Source: Gemmatimonadota bacterium
Lineage (GTDB): Bacteria; Gemmatimonadota; Gemmatimonadetes; Gemmatimonadales; GWC2-71-9
Direction: 5' to 3'
NCBI GenBank assembly: GCA_039588335.1
Contig: JBDGZZ010000003.1
Location: forward strand, 1,907-65,906
Length of the DNA: 64,000 nt
The first letter of the stretch is position 1, and the number at the start of each line of letters is the position of its first letter. The notes beneath the pieces were generated by a model, which was not told the origin of the DNA, searched no databases, and saw nothing but the letters and a program-made list of their open reading frames with translations. Below, one piece after another: positions 48,219 through 56,754 of this stretch. A program made the translations under genes and the position numbers.

Positions 48219-50728
48219 CAGCCATGTCACCCGAAGTCCGCGCGCTCCTGGCCAGCGAGATTGCAGCGGCCGGAGGCCGCGAGGTCGCTTTCGTTGCTGA
48301 GGTGGACGAGGACGGCGCCATCACTGCCGCGCGCCCGGTAGCGAGGGGAACGGCGGAAGCTGTTCTAGCACTGCCCGGAGTCGCCACGCGTGGGGAGATG
48401 GCACTTCACAACCACCCGACCGGACTATTGGAGCCATCGCACGCGGATCTGGAGGTAGCGGCCCGGCTCTACGAGGCCGGCATTGGTTTTGGAATCGTCA
48501 ACAACGATGCGTCTTCGCTCTACGTGGTTGCCGAAGTTCCGCGTGTCAGGAAGAACCAGCCGATCGATGCCCTCGACACGGCGCACTTGTTGGACGAAGA
48601 CGGTCCGGTAGCCCGTGCCGTAGGTCAATTCGAGGACCGCGCCTGCCAGCGTGACATGGCTGCTTACGTGGCGGACACCTACAACGAGGGTGGAATCTCC
48701 TTGCTCGAAGCGGGAACGGGTGTCGGGAAGTCGTTTGCCTATCTGGTGCCGGCAGTCAGGTGGGCCCAGGCAAACGGAGAGCGTACCGTGGTGTCGACGA
48801 ACACGATCAACCTCCAGGAACAGTTGGTGGGGAAGGACCTCCCGCTGCTAGCACGCGCGCTGCAGACCGAAGAGAGCACGCCCAGCTACGCGTTGCTGAA
48901 GGGTTGGTCCAATTACTTGTGCATCTCTCGCCTGAAAATGGCGCAGGGTGGGCAGGCGTCTCTCCTCGAGCCGGGCCGCCTCCGGGAATTGGAGGGCCTG
49001 GCCGATTGGGCTGCCAGCACCAACGATGGGTCTCTGGCGGACCTGGCGGATGTTCCTTCGTCGGAAGTGTGGGATGAAGTGAGCGCAGAAGCCGATCTAT
49101 GTGCCAGGTTGGAGTGCCCTCATTTTGATCGCTGTTTCGTATTCGAAGCTCGCCGGCGCGCGGCCGAAGCAGATGTGGTCGTGGTCAATCATCATCTGCT
49201 AACGGCCGACATTGCGGTGCGGCGCGCCCAGGAGAACTGGCAGGACGCGGCCGTGCTGCCTCCATACAAGCGCCTGATCCTCGATGAAGCCCATCACCTG
49301 GAAGACGTCGCTGCCAAACACCTCGGTGTTCAGGTCACGTCCCGGGGTCTGGGGCGACTTCTGGGACGGCTTGAGCGAAGTGGCCGTGGACTGATCCCGA
49401 CACTGGTTGCCGAATTGAGAGGGAGTGGCGATTCAGCTGCCAGGGCGGCGATCGACCTGTTGAGGAAGGCCGTACTGCCGGAAGTGGGACAAGCGCGCAC
49501 CTATTCAGACCGGGTGTTTGGCATCCTATGTGACCGGCTCACGTCGAGCGGTTCCGATGTGTTGCGATTGGATGATTCGTTTGCCGCTGACGTGGTCTGG
49601 GAGCAGGGCCTAGGGGTAGCCGTGGACAATCTCGTGAACGTATTAGGGAGGTTGTCAGACGGCCTGGCCGCAGTGACCGATCGCATGGAACTGGATGACG
49701 AGCCTGACCGTCGGTCTCAGTTGGTGTTGGAGTTGCGAGCGGTCGTGCGCCGGCTGCAATCGGCCACCGACGGTTTGTTGCTGACGCTCCGTCCCCAATC
49801 TGGAGCCGAATTGGTTCGCTGGCTGGACAAACGAGGCAAGAATCCGGCAGGGAACATACCGTTCCACCTTGGCCTGGCAGCGGTTCCGCTCGACCTTGCC
49901 CCGGTGCTCAAAGAGTCCCTGTTCGATCGTATCGACACGGTGATTCTCACCAGCGCCACACTCGCAACCGGAGGTGACTTCGGTTTCCTCAAAGAGCGTG
50001 TCGGCCTTGACTTGCCACCCGACAGGGTACGGGACGAGGAGTCACTGCCCTCTCCGTTTGACTTTGGAGAACAGTGTCTGTTCGGCGTGGCGACCGACCT
50101 TCCGGATCCCAGGGCAGATGAAATCGCTCATGGGCACGCCCTGGCTGAAGCGATCATCGACTTGGCTCACGCTTCGGATGGGGGCATGTTTGTACTGTTC
50201 ACCAGTTATGTGGCGCTGAGGCGGGCGGCGGAGGCCGTGAGGGCGACGATCGGGAGCCGTTGGCCGGTGCTGGTGCAGGGAGAGGGACAGCGCGACCACC
50301 TGCTGCGGAGATTTCGAGAGGCCGGTTCTGCCATACTATTCGGGACCGATAGCTTCTGGGAAGGTGTAGATGTACCTGGGCGGTCGCTTCGGGCCCTGAT
50401 GCTGGCCAAGCTTCCGTTCAAGGTGCCGAGTGAACCGCTAACGGCCGCCCGGCTCGAGGCACTTGCCGCCCGCGGGATGGATGGGTTCAGACACTACCTG
50501 CTGCCGCACGCGGCGCTCAAGCTGAAGCAGGGGTTCGGCCGCCTGATCAGATCCTCGTCAGATGTTGGAGTGGTGCTCTTGATGGATTCCAGGGTGACGA
50601 CCAAGAACTACGGGAGGTGGCTGATTGAGTCACTTCCGCCCGCGACCAAGTCCGTCGGGAGCTGGTCGGACGTCCGCACCGCGGCCGAAGAATTCTTTGC
50701 ACGGCATGGGATCGGAGCACCGGCATGA
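48215..50728 (+). CDS. DinG/XPD-family Fe-S DNA helicase with N-terminal JAB/MPN (RadC-like JAMM) domain
   Basis: Residues ~1-110 carry GREVAF...ALHNHPTGLLEPSHAD (E...HxHx7Sx2D). Then Walker A (EAGTGVGKSFAYL), four Cys (YLCISR, DLCARLECPHFDRC), DEAH (LILDEAHHLED), and helicase C-terminal motifs (FTSY...ILFGTDSFWEGVD...QGFGRLIR). Confidence 0.8.
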   Translation: MTAMSPEVRALLASEIAAAGGREVAFVAEVDEDGAITAARPVARGTAEAVLALPGVATRGEMALHNHPTGLLEPSHADLEVAARLYEAGIGFGIVNNDASSLYVVAEVPRVRKNQPIDALDTAHLLDEDGPVARAVGQFEDRACQRDMAAYVADTYNEGGISLLEAGTGVGKSFAYLVPAVRWAQANGERTVVSTNTINLQEQLVGKDLPLLARALQTEESTPSYALLKGWSNYLCISRLKMAQGGQASLLEPGRLRELEGLADWAASTNDGSLADLADVPSSEVWDEVSAEADLCARLECPHFDRCFVFEARRRAAEADVVVVNHHLLTADIAVRRAQENWQDAAVLPPYKRLILDEAHHLEDVAAKHLGVQVTSRGLGRLLGRLERSGRGLIPTLVAELRGSGDSAARAAIDLLRKAVLPEVGQARTYSDRVFGILCDRLTSSGSDVLRLDDSFAADVVWEQGLGVAVDNLVNVLGRLSDGLAAVTDRMELDDEPDRRSQLVLELRAVVRRLQSATDGLLLTLRPQSGAELVRWLDKRGKNPAGNIPFHLGLAAVPLDLAPVLKESLFDRIDTVILTSATLATGGDFGFLKERVGLDLPPDRVRDEESLPSPFDFGEQCLFGVATDLPDPRADEIAHGHALAEAIIDLAHASDGGMFVLFTSYVALRRAAEAVRATIGSRWPVLVQGEGQRDHLLRRFREAGSAILFGTDSFWEGVDVPGRSLRALMLAKLPFKVPSEPLTAARLEALAARGMDGFRHYLLPHAALKLKQGFGRLIRSSSDVGVVLLMDSRVTTKNYGRWLIESLPPATKSVGSWSDVRTAAEEFFARHGIGAPA

Positions 50729-51912
50729 GCCGGTCGAGCCAGCGACTTAACAAATTGCCCCGCTACGCGGTCAATGAACTAGCGGTGGCCAAGAAGAAGC
50801 TACTCGCTGCGGGCGCTGATGTTATCGACCTGAGCGTAGGAGATGCGGACATTCCGCCTCCGGAGATTGCAGTCCGGGTGCTCCAGGAAGCTCTAACCGA
50901 TCCGGCAATGAGCCGCTATGCGTTTCAGATCGGGCTGGTGGAGTTCCGCGAGGCAGTCGCGCGATACATGGAGTGGCGTTTCGGCGTGTCAGTGGATCCC
51001 ATGACCGAAGTGCTACCACTCATCGGATCGAAGAACGGATTGTCGCATTTACCATTTGCTGTGCTCGATACCGATGACATCTGCGTCATTCCTGAGCCCG
51101 GGTATCCAGGATACTTCGGTACATACCTGACCGATGCCGAAATCCTCCCGTACCCGTTGCGGGCTGACAAAGGTTTCTTGGTCGAGTTGGAAGACATGAG
51201 GGATGATCAGCTGTCGCGGACTAGCCTGGCGTTTCTCAACTATCCCAACAACCCGACCTCGGCGATCGCGCCGAACGATTACCTGGAGCGCACGGTTGGG
51301 GTGTGTCACCAGCACGACATCGTCCTGGCATACGACAATCCGTATTGCGAGCTCACCTTCGACGGCTACGTGGCGCCCAGTATTTTGGAAGTGGCAGGCG
51401 CTCGCGAAATAGCGTTGGAGTTCCACTCGCTGTCCAAGAGCTTCTGCATGACCGGGTGGAGGTTAGGGTGGGCCACGGGTTCTGCTGAGTTGATCGCAGC
51501 GCTGCAGAAGGTCAAAAGTTACGTGGACACCGGTCCTTTCCTCGCGGTGCAGAAGGCCGGAGCGGCGGTGCTCGACTGTGCTGCGGCGCTCGCCGAGCCG
51601 GTTCGACACGAGTTTGAGGAACGGCGCAACGCCGCGGTGCGTTCTTTCGTTGATGCGGGGTTTGAGGTGGAGGTGCCGAAGGCGACCATGTATCTGTGGA
51701 TCGAGTTGCCCGAGGGAATGCCGTCGGCGACCTTTGCTCAGCGAGTACTGGAGGAGGAGAGCGTGGCCGTCCTGCCAGGGTCAGCACTCGGCGGGAGCGG
51801 GGAAGGATATTTCCGAATAGCGTTGACTGTAAACGCCCAACGGATGCAGCAAGCTGCCGAGCGAATCGGTCGCGTGCTCAACCAGGTGAGAGCCAACGGT
51901 GCGCGAACGTAG
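50725..51912 (+). CDS. Class I/II PLP-dependent aminotransferase (LL-diaminopimelate/aspartate aminotransferase-like)
   Basis: FLNYPNNPT, AYDNPY, and SLSKSFCMTGWRLGW (PLP lysine). Confidence 0.8.
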   Translation: MSRSSQRLNKLPRYAVNELAVAKKKLLAAGADVIDLSVGDADIPPPEIAVRVLQEALTDPAMSRYAFQIGLVEFREAVARYMEWRFGVSVDPMTEVLPLIGSKNGLSHLPFAVLDTDDICVIPEPGYPGYFGTYLTDAEILPYPLRADKGFLVELEDMRDDQLSRTSLAFLNYPNNPTSAIAPNDYLERTVGVCHQHDIVLAYDNPYCELTFDGYVAPSILEVAGAREIALEFHSLSKSFCMTGWRLGWATGSAELIAALQKVKSYVDTGPFLAVQKAGAAVLDCAAALAEPVRHEFEERRNAAVRSFVDAGFEVEVPKATMYLWIELPEGMPSATFAQRVLEEESVAVLPGSALGGSGEGYFRIALTVNAQRMQQAAERIGRVLNQVRANGART

Positions 51913-52780
51913 TTTCAGGCTCCCTGACGCAGAAGCGCCCAAGTCCGGGTGGGGGATCGCCAGTGTCCTGGTGCACGCTGCGGTCGTAGCGCTCATGGTG
52001 GGAACGGTAGGCGGCACGGTGATGACTCGCGCCAGTGTCACCTTCGTCGACTTGGGGACTGATGTGGGCGGCATCAGGGAAATCGAGCTACCGGCATATT
52101 CAACGCCGGGTGTCGTAGGTGAACCCGCACCCGGCATATCCACCGAGACCAGCGACACCGGATCGGGACCGGTCATTGCCTATTCGTCCCGGGTCGTTCC
52201 GATTGGTGATCTGCCAAGGCCCAAGTCGCTGGCTGAGTACAATCCGGTTGTGGGTAGCGCGCCGGTGATGGGTGTGCCGCGAGGTTCTGGGACCCTATGG
52301 ATCAGCCCACTCGAGGGAAGGCTCGGTATAGTAGAGGGCTCTCCTGATGTTGCTACTCACGTTGCTCGAGTTGACTCGGCCATCAGGGCCAAGATTCTGG
52401 CGTTCGTGGACACGATGCCAGCCGACAGCTTCGCCACTCCGCCCTTGGTCACTTCGTGGGTAACCGAAACAGAAGACGGCAAGACCTGGGGCGTCGACCC
52501 CAGCTGGATCTACCTCGGAGATTTCAAGCTGCCGTCGTTCATTCTCGCTTTGATTCCCCTACCGCAGGGCAACTACGAGCTTGCGCAAAAAGAGGCCGAG
52601 CTGATGCGCATCCGGGAAGAGATCATCAGGGCTGCCCGTCAGGCCGAGACGAACGCGGATTTCCGCCGCTACGTGAACGAGACCCGCAAACGGAAGGATG
52701 CGGAACGCGAGGCCCGAAAGCTCGCCGGGGAAGCGGCGAGAAAGGGTGTCAAGAAGGATACGATCAAGCCAAGCGGCTGA
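51899..52780 (+). CDS. Single-pass membrane protein of unknown function with basic helical tail
   Basis: TM helix WGIASVLVHAAVVALMVGTVGG. C-terminal K/R/E-rich helix. Last member of the overlapping gene chain. Confidence 0.45.
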   Translation: MRERSFRLPDAEAPKSGWGIASVLVHAAVVALMVGTVGGTVMTRASVTFVDLGTDVGGIREIELPAYSTPGVVGEPAPGISTETSDTGSGPVIAYSSRVVPIGDLPRPKSLAEYNPVVGSAPVMGVPRGSGTLWISPLEGRLGIVEGSPDVATHVARVDSAIRAKILAFVDTMPADSFATPPLVTSWVTETEDGKTWGVDPSWIYLGDFKLPSFILALIPLPQGNYELAQKEAELMRIREEIIRAARQAETNADFRRYVNETRKRKDAEREARKLAGEAARKGVKKDTIKPSG

Positions 52781-52828
52781 GTCCGTCCCCGTCCAACTCA
52801 ATTCCAAACTGACCAGAAGGAATCCACC

Positions 52829-53374
52829 ATGCGTGCTCGTTGGTCTCTTATGACGTCTATGTTGCTCTTTGCCGTTGCCGCACTGTCCGTGACCCCGGTG
52901 CAGGGGCAATCGGAGGTGGGGCAACAGCAGAACGCACCCTGTGAATCTCCGGAATACCGTCAATTCGACTTCTGGATCGGCGAGTGGACCGTTCAGAATC
53001 CGCAAGGCAAGGCTGCCGGTACCAGCGTCATTACAAGAGTCTTGAATGACTGCGCAATCCACGAGGAGTGGCACTCGGCAGCCAGCGCATTTGCAGGCAA
53101 CAGCTACAACATCTACGACCGGGCAACCAAGACTTGGCACCAAACCTGGGTGGACAATTCCGGACTGCTCCTCCAACTCGAAGGTGAATTCAAGGATGGC
53201 AAGATGGTGCTGGTGGGTGAAAGACCTGGGACTGATGGTACGACTGTGCTCAACAGGATCACATGGCACGCAGTGGCTCCGGACTCCGTACGCCAGGTGT
53301 GGGACAACTCCGCGGACGGGGGAAAGACCTGGGAAGGGCAGTTTGATGGGCTGTACGTCAGGAAGAGACGGTAA
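52829..53374 (+). CDS. Secreted protein of unknown function
   Basis: Signal peptide (LLFAVAALSVTPVQGQ). FDFWIGEWTV...HQTWVDN...GGKTW blocks. The last codons (AAG AGA CGG TAA) lie inside repeat element A. Confidence 0.5.
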   Translation: MRARWSLMTSMLLFAVAALSVTPVQGQSEVGQQQNAPCESPEYRQFDFWIGEWTVQNPQGKAAGTSVITRVLNDCAIHEEWHSAASAFAGNSYNIYDRATKTWHQTWVDNSGLLLQLEGEFKDGKMVLVGERPGTDGTTVLNRITWHAVAPDSVRQVWDNSADGGKTWEGQFDGLYVRKRR

Positions 53375-53465
53375 GAGACGGGCAAAAAAAACGGTAAGGA
53401 ACGGGCAGGGTGGTGGGAACCCTGCCCGTCTCTTGCCGCTTCTTACCGTCTCTTCCCGTCTCTTT
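53363..53465. repeat. Imperfect ~100-nt palindrome built from ~10-nt GACGG(T/G)AAG-like units (element A)
   Basis: Left arm aagagacggt aagagacggg caaaaaaaacggt aaggaacggg caggg. 9-nt loop. Right arm ccctg cccgtctctt gccgcttctt accgtctctt cccgtctctt. The core GGGCAGGG/CCCTGCCC is perfect. Confidence 0.75.
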
Positions 53466-53502
53466 AGTTATTTTCTCTCCACACCACATTCGTGAGGAAT
53501 CC

Positions 53503-55026
53503 ATGAAACGAACTCCGGTTATGCTTTTGGTCGGGGTCGGGGTGCTGTTGTCATACTCTCCGGCTCTGGCGCAGTCGTTTCCCACAGAGGACCCCGTCAT
53601 CAAAGCGATCTGGGAAGAGGGCATGGAACGGTCCCAGTTCCCTATGCTGGCGCAGGTGCTGCTCGATTCAATCGGACCGCGGTTGAGCGGGTCTCCGGGT
53701 CATAAGGACGCCAACGATTGGGCAGTGAAGATGTTCGGAGAGTGGGGCATAGAAGCACGCAACGAGCAGTACGGTACGTGGGGAAGTTGGCGTCGTGGCA
53801 TCGCACATGCCGATCTGATTGCCCCTCGTGTGAGGCCCTTGACCGCCTATCTGTTGGCCTGGAGTCCGGGTACCCAAGGCAAGGTTGAGGGATCGGTGGT
53901 TGCCCTTCCCGAGTTCGAGAGCAAGGAAGCGTTCGATGCCTGGCTGCCCACGGTCAATGGCAAGTTCGTGCTGACATCGATACAATCGTTTGAGAAGATG
54001 GATGCCGCGCGTGACACAGCGAGAGCTTCTTGGACTACCAACTACCGCAGCCTGAGGAATGCTCTCGGCCAGAGCGTAGACCTCACGTTGGAGCAGGCGG
54101 GCGCTCTAGGTCTTTTCTCCTCTGGGTGGTCGGGCGGCTGGGGCGCGACGCGGATATTCTCCGCATCTACGCAGAACATCCCCGTTTTCAGCGTTAGCTG
54201 TGAAGACTACGGTTTGCTGCACCGCCTGGCGTCCAACAACCAGGGGCCGGTGGTTCAGGTGGAGGCCGACGCGGAGTTTCTGGGAGAGCTGCCGATTTTC
54301 AATACGATCGCCGAGATTCCGGGTACCGAACGTCCCAACGAGTACATCGTTCTCTCGGCGCACTACGATTCCTGGGATGGCGCTTCCGGGGCGACGGACA
54401 ATGCTACCGGCTCGGTCACGATGATGGAAGCCGCGCGCATACTCAAGAAGGTCTATCCCAACCCCAAACGCACGATAATAGTCGGCTTGTGGGGTGCTGA
54501 AGAACAGGGACTGATTGGATCGCGTGCCTTCGCAGCGGGCCACCCTGAGGTAGTCGACAATCTTCAGGCGGTATTCAACCAGGACAACGGAACCGGCAGA
54601 GTATCTAATATCTCGATGCAGGGACTGACCGGAGCCGCGTCGCATTTTGCGCAGTGGCTCTCGTCCATCCCGCGTGAAATCACTCAGCACATCAGTTTGA
54701 ATTTCCCGGGAACCCCCGGCGGCGGTGGGAGTGACTATGCGTCGTTCATTTGTTCCGGTGCTCCGACGTTCAGTCTCTCGTCACTCAACTTCCACTATTT
54801 CGAGTACACCTGGCACACCAACCTCGATACGTACGACAAGATCGTGCTCGACGACGTCAAGAACAACGCGACGTTGACGGCGATGCTGACGTACATGGCG
54901 TCGGAAGATCCCGAGGCAGTGCCGCGCGACCGGCGCGTGATGCCCGTCAATCCGAGAACCGGCCAGCAGAGAACGTGGCCGGAGTGCGGACAGCCGCGCA
55001 CGTGGGAGGCGTATCGGGGACGGTAA
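53503..55026 (+). CDS. M28-family aminopeptidase
   Basis: Start at ATG 53503 (MKRTPVMLLVGVGVLLSYSPALAQ). SAHYDSWDGASGATDNATG...GLWGAEEQGLIGS zinc-ligand blocks. The upstream 31 codons in the ORF track read through repeat A. Confidence 0.85.
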   Translation: MKRTPVMLLVGVGVLLSYSPALAQSFPTEDPVIKAIWEEGMERSQFPMLAQVLLDSIGPRLSGSPGHKDANDWAVKMFGEWGIEARNEQYGTWGSWRRGIAHADLIAPRVRPLTAYLLAWSPGTQGKVEGSVVALPEFESKEAFDAWLPTVNGKFVLTSIQSFEKMDAARDTARASWTTNYRSLRNALGQSVDLTLEQAGALGLFSSGWSGGWGATRIFSASTQNIPVFSVSCEDYGLLHRLASNNQGPVVQVEADAEFLGELPIFNTIAEIPGTERPNEYIVLSAHYDSWDGASGATDNATGSVTMMEAARILKKVYPNPKRTIIVGLWGAEEQGLIGSRAFAAGHPEVVDNLQAVFNQDNGTGRVSNISMQGLTGAASHFAQWLSSIPREITQHISLNFPGTPGGGGSDYASFICSGAPTFSLSSLNFHYFEYTWHTNLDTYDKIVLDDVKNNATLTAMLTYMASEDPEAVPRDRRVMPVNPRTGQQRTWPECGQPRTWEAYRGR

Positions 55027-55170
55027 GAACGAGACGGTGAGAGTCGGTAAGAGACGGACGGGGACGGTAAGAGTCGGTAGGTGGTTACCCTTACCGTCCC
55101 TTACCGTCCGTTCTTGCCCGTCCCTTGCCGTCTCTTTTTGCCCGTCACTTACCGTCTCTTTTCTACCGCC
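55017..55170. repeat. Imperfect ~150-nt palindrome of GACGGTAAG-like units (element B), filling the whole convergent intergenic space
   Basis: Left arm gacggtaaga acgagacggtga gagtcggtaa gagacggac ggggacggtaa gagtcggtagg. Centre tggttac. Right arm ccttaccgtc ccttaccgtc cgttcttgcccgtc ccttgccgtc tctttttgcccgtc acttaccgtc tc. Confidence 0.75.
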
Positions 55171-56471
55171 TCTTTTATTCGATCCAGGCTTTCCTCTCGT
55201 CCCACCACATCCAGCAGCAAGTGGATCCCCTCCGAGACCGTCGTGCCGGTTACTGCGATTCTTATCGGCTGAAACACCTTGCCCGGTCCCACACCGAGGG
55301 TTTCTGCTAGCACCCGTAATTCCGATTCGAGTCGGTCGGGCTTCCAGTCTGAGTCGTCGAGTCCGCTCAAACGGTCCAATGCTGCCTGCAGCGCCGAGGA
55401 GGATGCGTCTGGGTCTTTGGCGATCAGCTTCTGGGCCTTCTCGTCGTCCTGCTTGATGAAGCGCGGGTCGAGACGTATGACAGCGCGCTCGGCAATGTCC
55501 TGTGTAGTGCGGGCCCGTTCGCGGTTGATGTCGACCGCCTTGGCCAGCTTGTCAGGCGGAACCGAGCCAGGGTCAAACCCGAGGCGCTGCATCTCCGGCT
55601 CGACTAGCGGCAGCAGGTCCCCAACCGGAGTCTGGCTCAGATACTGGCCGTTCATCCATTCCAGCTTCGTCAGATCGAAGATGGCTGCTTTGCGCTGAAC
55701 GTCATTCAGTGAAAAGGCCTGGATCAGGTCGTCGATCTCAAAGAACAGCTCTCGCTCGTCTTTGGGATTCCAGCCCAGCAGGGCCAGGAAGTTACGCAGC
55801 GCTTCGGGCAGGATCCCGAGCTTGCGATAGTCACCCACGGCGGTCGCCCCGTGTCGCTTGGAGAGCTTACGGCCGTCCTGCCCGTGGATCATCGGCACGT
55901 GAGCGAAGACGGGAGGTGTTTGCCCCAACGCCTGAAAGACTGCGATTTGCTTTGGCGTGTTCGATATGTGGTCTGCGCCCCGTATCACATGAGAAATCCG
56001 CATGTCCGCGTCGTCTGCGACGACCGTGAAGTTGTAGGTCGGCGTCCGGTCGGACCGCAGGATCACCCAATCCTGGATGTCTGAGCCCTGAAAGCTGATA
56101 GGGCCTCCTACCGCGTCATCCCAGGCGATCTCTTCCCGAGGCATGCGGAACCTGACCGCTCCGTCGTCCTCGTAGGCGTGTCCGTCAACAAGTAGCTTGT
56201 CAGCAGAGTCCTGGTGCCGTTCCAACCCGGCACCCTGGAACACGATGTCTTCGTCCCAGTCCAGTCCCAGCCAGGCCAGTCCATCGCGGATTACCTGTGT
56301 GTGTTCCTCCGAGGAGCGCTCGCGGTCGGTGTCTTCGATACGCAGCAAAAACTGCCCCTGCATCTTGCGGGCATAGAGCCAATTGAAGAGTGCAGTACGG
56401 GCGCCACCGACGTGCAGATAGCCGGTAGGTGATGGCGCGAATCGAACGCGGACGTGGTTCTCGGAGCTCAC
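55149..56471 (-). CDS. gltX: Glutamate--tRNA ligase
   Basis: RVRFAPSPTGYLHVGGARTALFNWL (HIGH) and KLSKRHG (KMSKS). GTG start. The C-terminal codons AAG AGA CGG TAA lie in the right arm of element B. Confidence 0.95.
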   Translation of the reverse strand: MSSENHVRVRFAPSPTGYLHVGGARTALFNWLYARKMQGQFLLRIEDTDRERSSEEHTQVIRDGLAWLGLDWDEDIVFQGAGLERHQDSADKLLVDGHAYEDDGAVRFRMPREEIAWDDAVGGPISFQGSDIQDWVILRSDRTPTYNFTVVADDADMRISHVIRGADHISNTPKQIAVFQALGQTPPVFAHVPMIHGQDGRKLSKRHGATAVGDYRKLGILPEALRNFLALLGWNPKDERELFFEIDDLIQAFSLNDVQRKAAIFDLTKLEWMNGQYLSQTPVGDLLPLVEPEMQRLGFDPGSVPPDKLAKAVDINRERARTTQDIAERAVIRLDPRFIKQDDEKAQKLIAKDPDASSSALQAALDRLSGLDDSDWKPDRLESELRVLAETLGVGPGKVFQPIRIAVTGTTVSEGIHLLLDVVGREESLDRIKEAVEKRR

Positions 56472-56537
56472 TTCGATCTTCTAACCCTTCTGCCCCTTCT
56501 CCCTCTTCTCATCCCTGGGGTTTTGTATGGGTGGGAT

Positions 56538-56570
56538 AACGGAGACGGAGGGATTCGAATCATTCCCTCA
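56538..56570 (-). other. tRNA-Ser 3'-half-like fragment (T-arm plus acceptor strand); not an intact tRNA
   Basis: Plus strand aacggagaCggagggattcgaa[tcatt]ccctc versus the tRNA-Ser locus aacggagaGggagggattcgaa ccctc. I find no matching 5' acceptor strand upstream. Confidence 0.6.
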
Positions 56571-56730
56571 AACGTATCTATAGCGGGCCATCGTGGCCGG
56601 ATATCGTGGACGTTACCACGATAGAATCTCGCCGTTCTGAGTGCAAGGGAAGCGGACCAACGGTCGCTTCCCTACCCGATCGCAGCTATCAGGCGTGGCT
56701 GCTCTGTGTTGAGGGCCCAACTGCTACCAT

Positions 56731-56754
56731 CTCTCTCCCCCTTAGGGGAGAGAG
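56731..56754 (-). terminator. Perfect 10-bp hairpin 60 nt downstream of the TonB-dependent receptor stop
   Basis: CTCTCTCCCC-ctta-GGGGAGAGAG. No U tract on either strand. Confidence 0.3.

Noticed and set aside
53410-53502. 31-codon N-terminal extension of the M28 peptidase (MVGTLPVSCRFLPSLPVSLVIF...)
   Set aside because: It is a translation of the right arm of palindromic repeat A. The ATG at 53503 yields a canonical signal peptide. By the same reasoning I rejected the 61236-61304 extension of the sialidase-like gene (it reads through the solo repeat) and the 38978-39055 extension of pdxJ.
53363-55170. Possibility that the reiterated GACGGTAAG units are a CRISPR array
   Set aside because: The units are about 10 nt and directly abutting with no spacers. 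They are arranged as inverted arms, and no cas genes are present.
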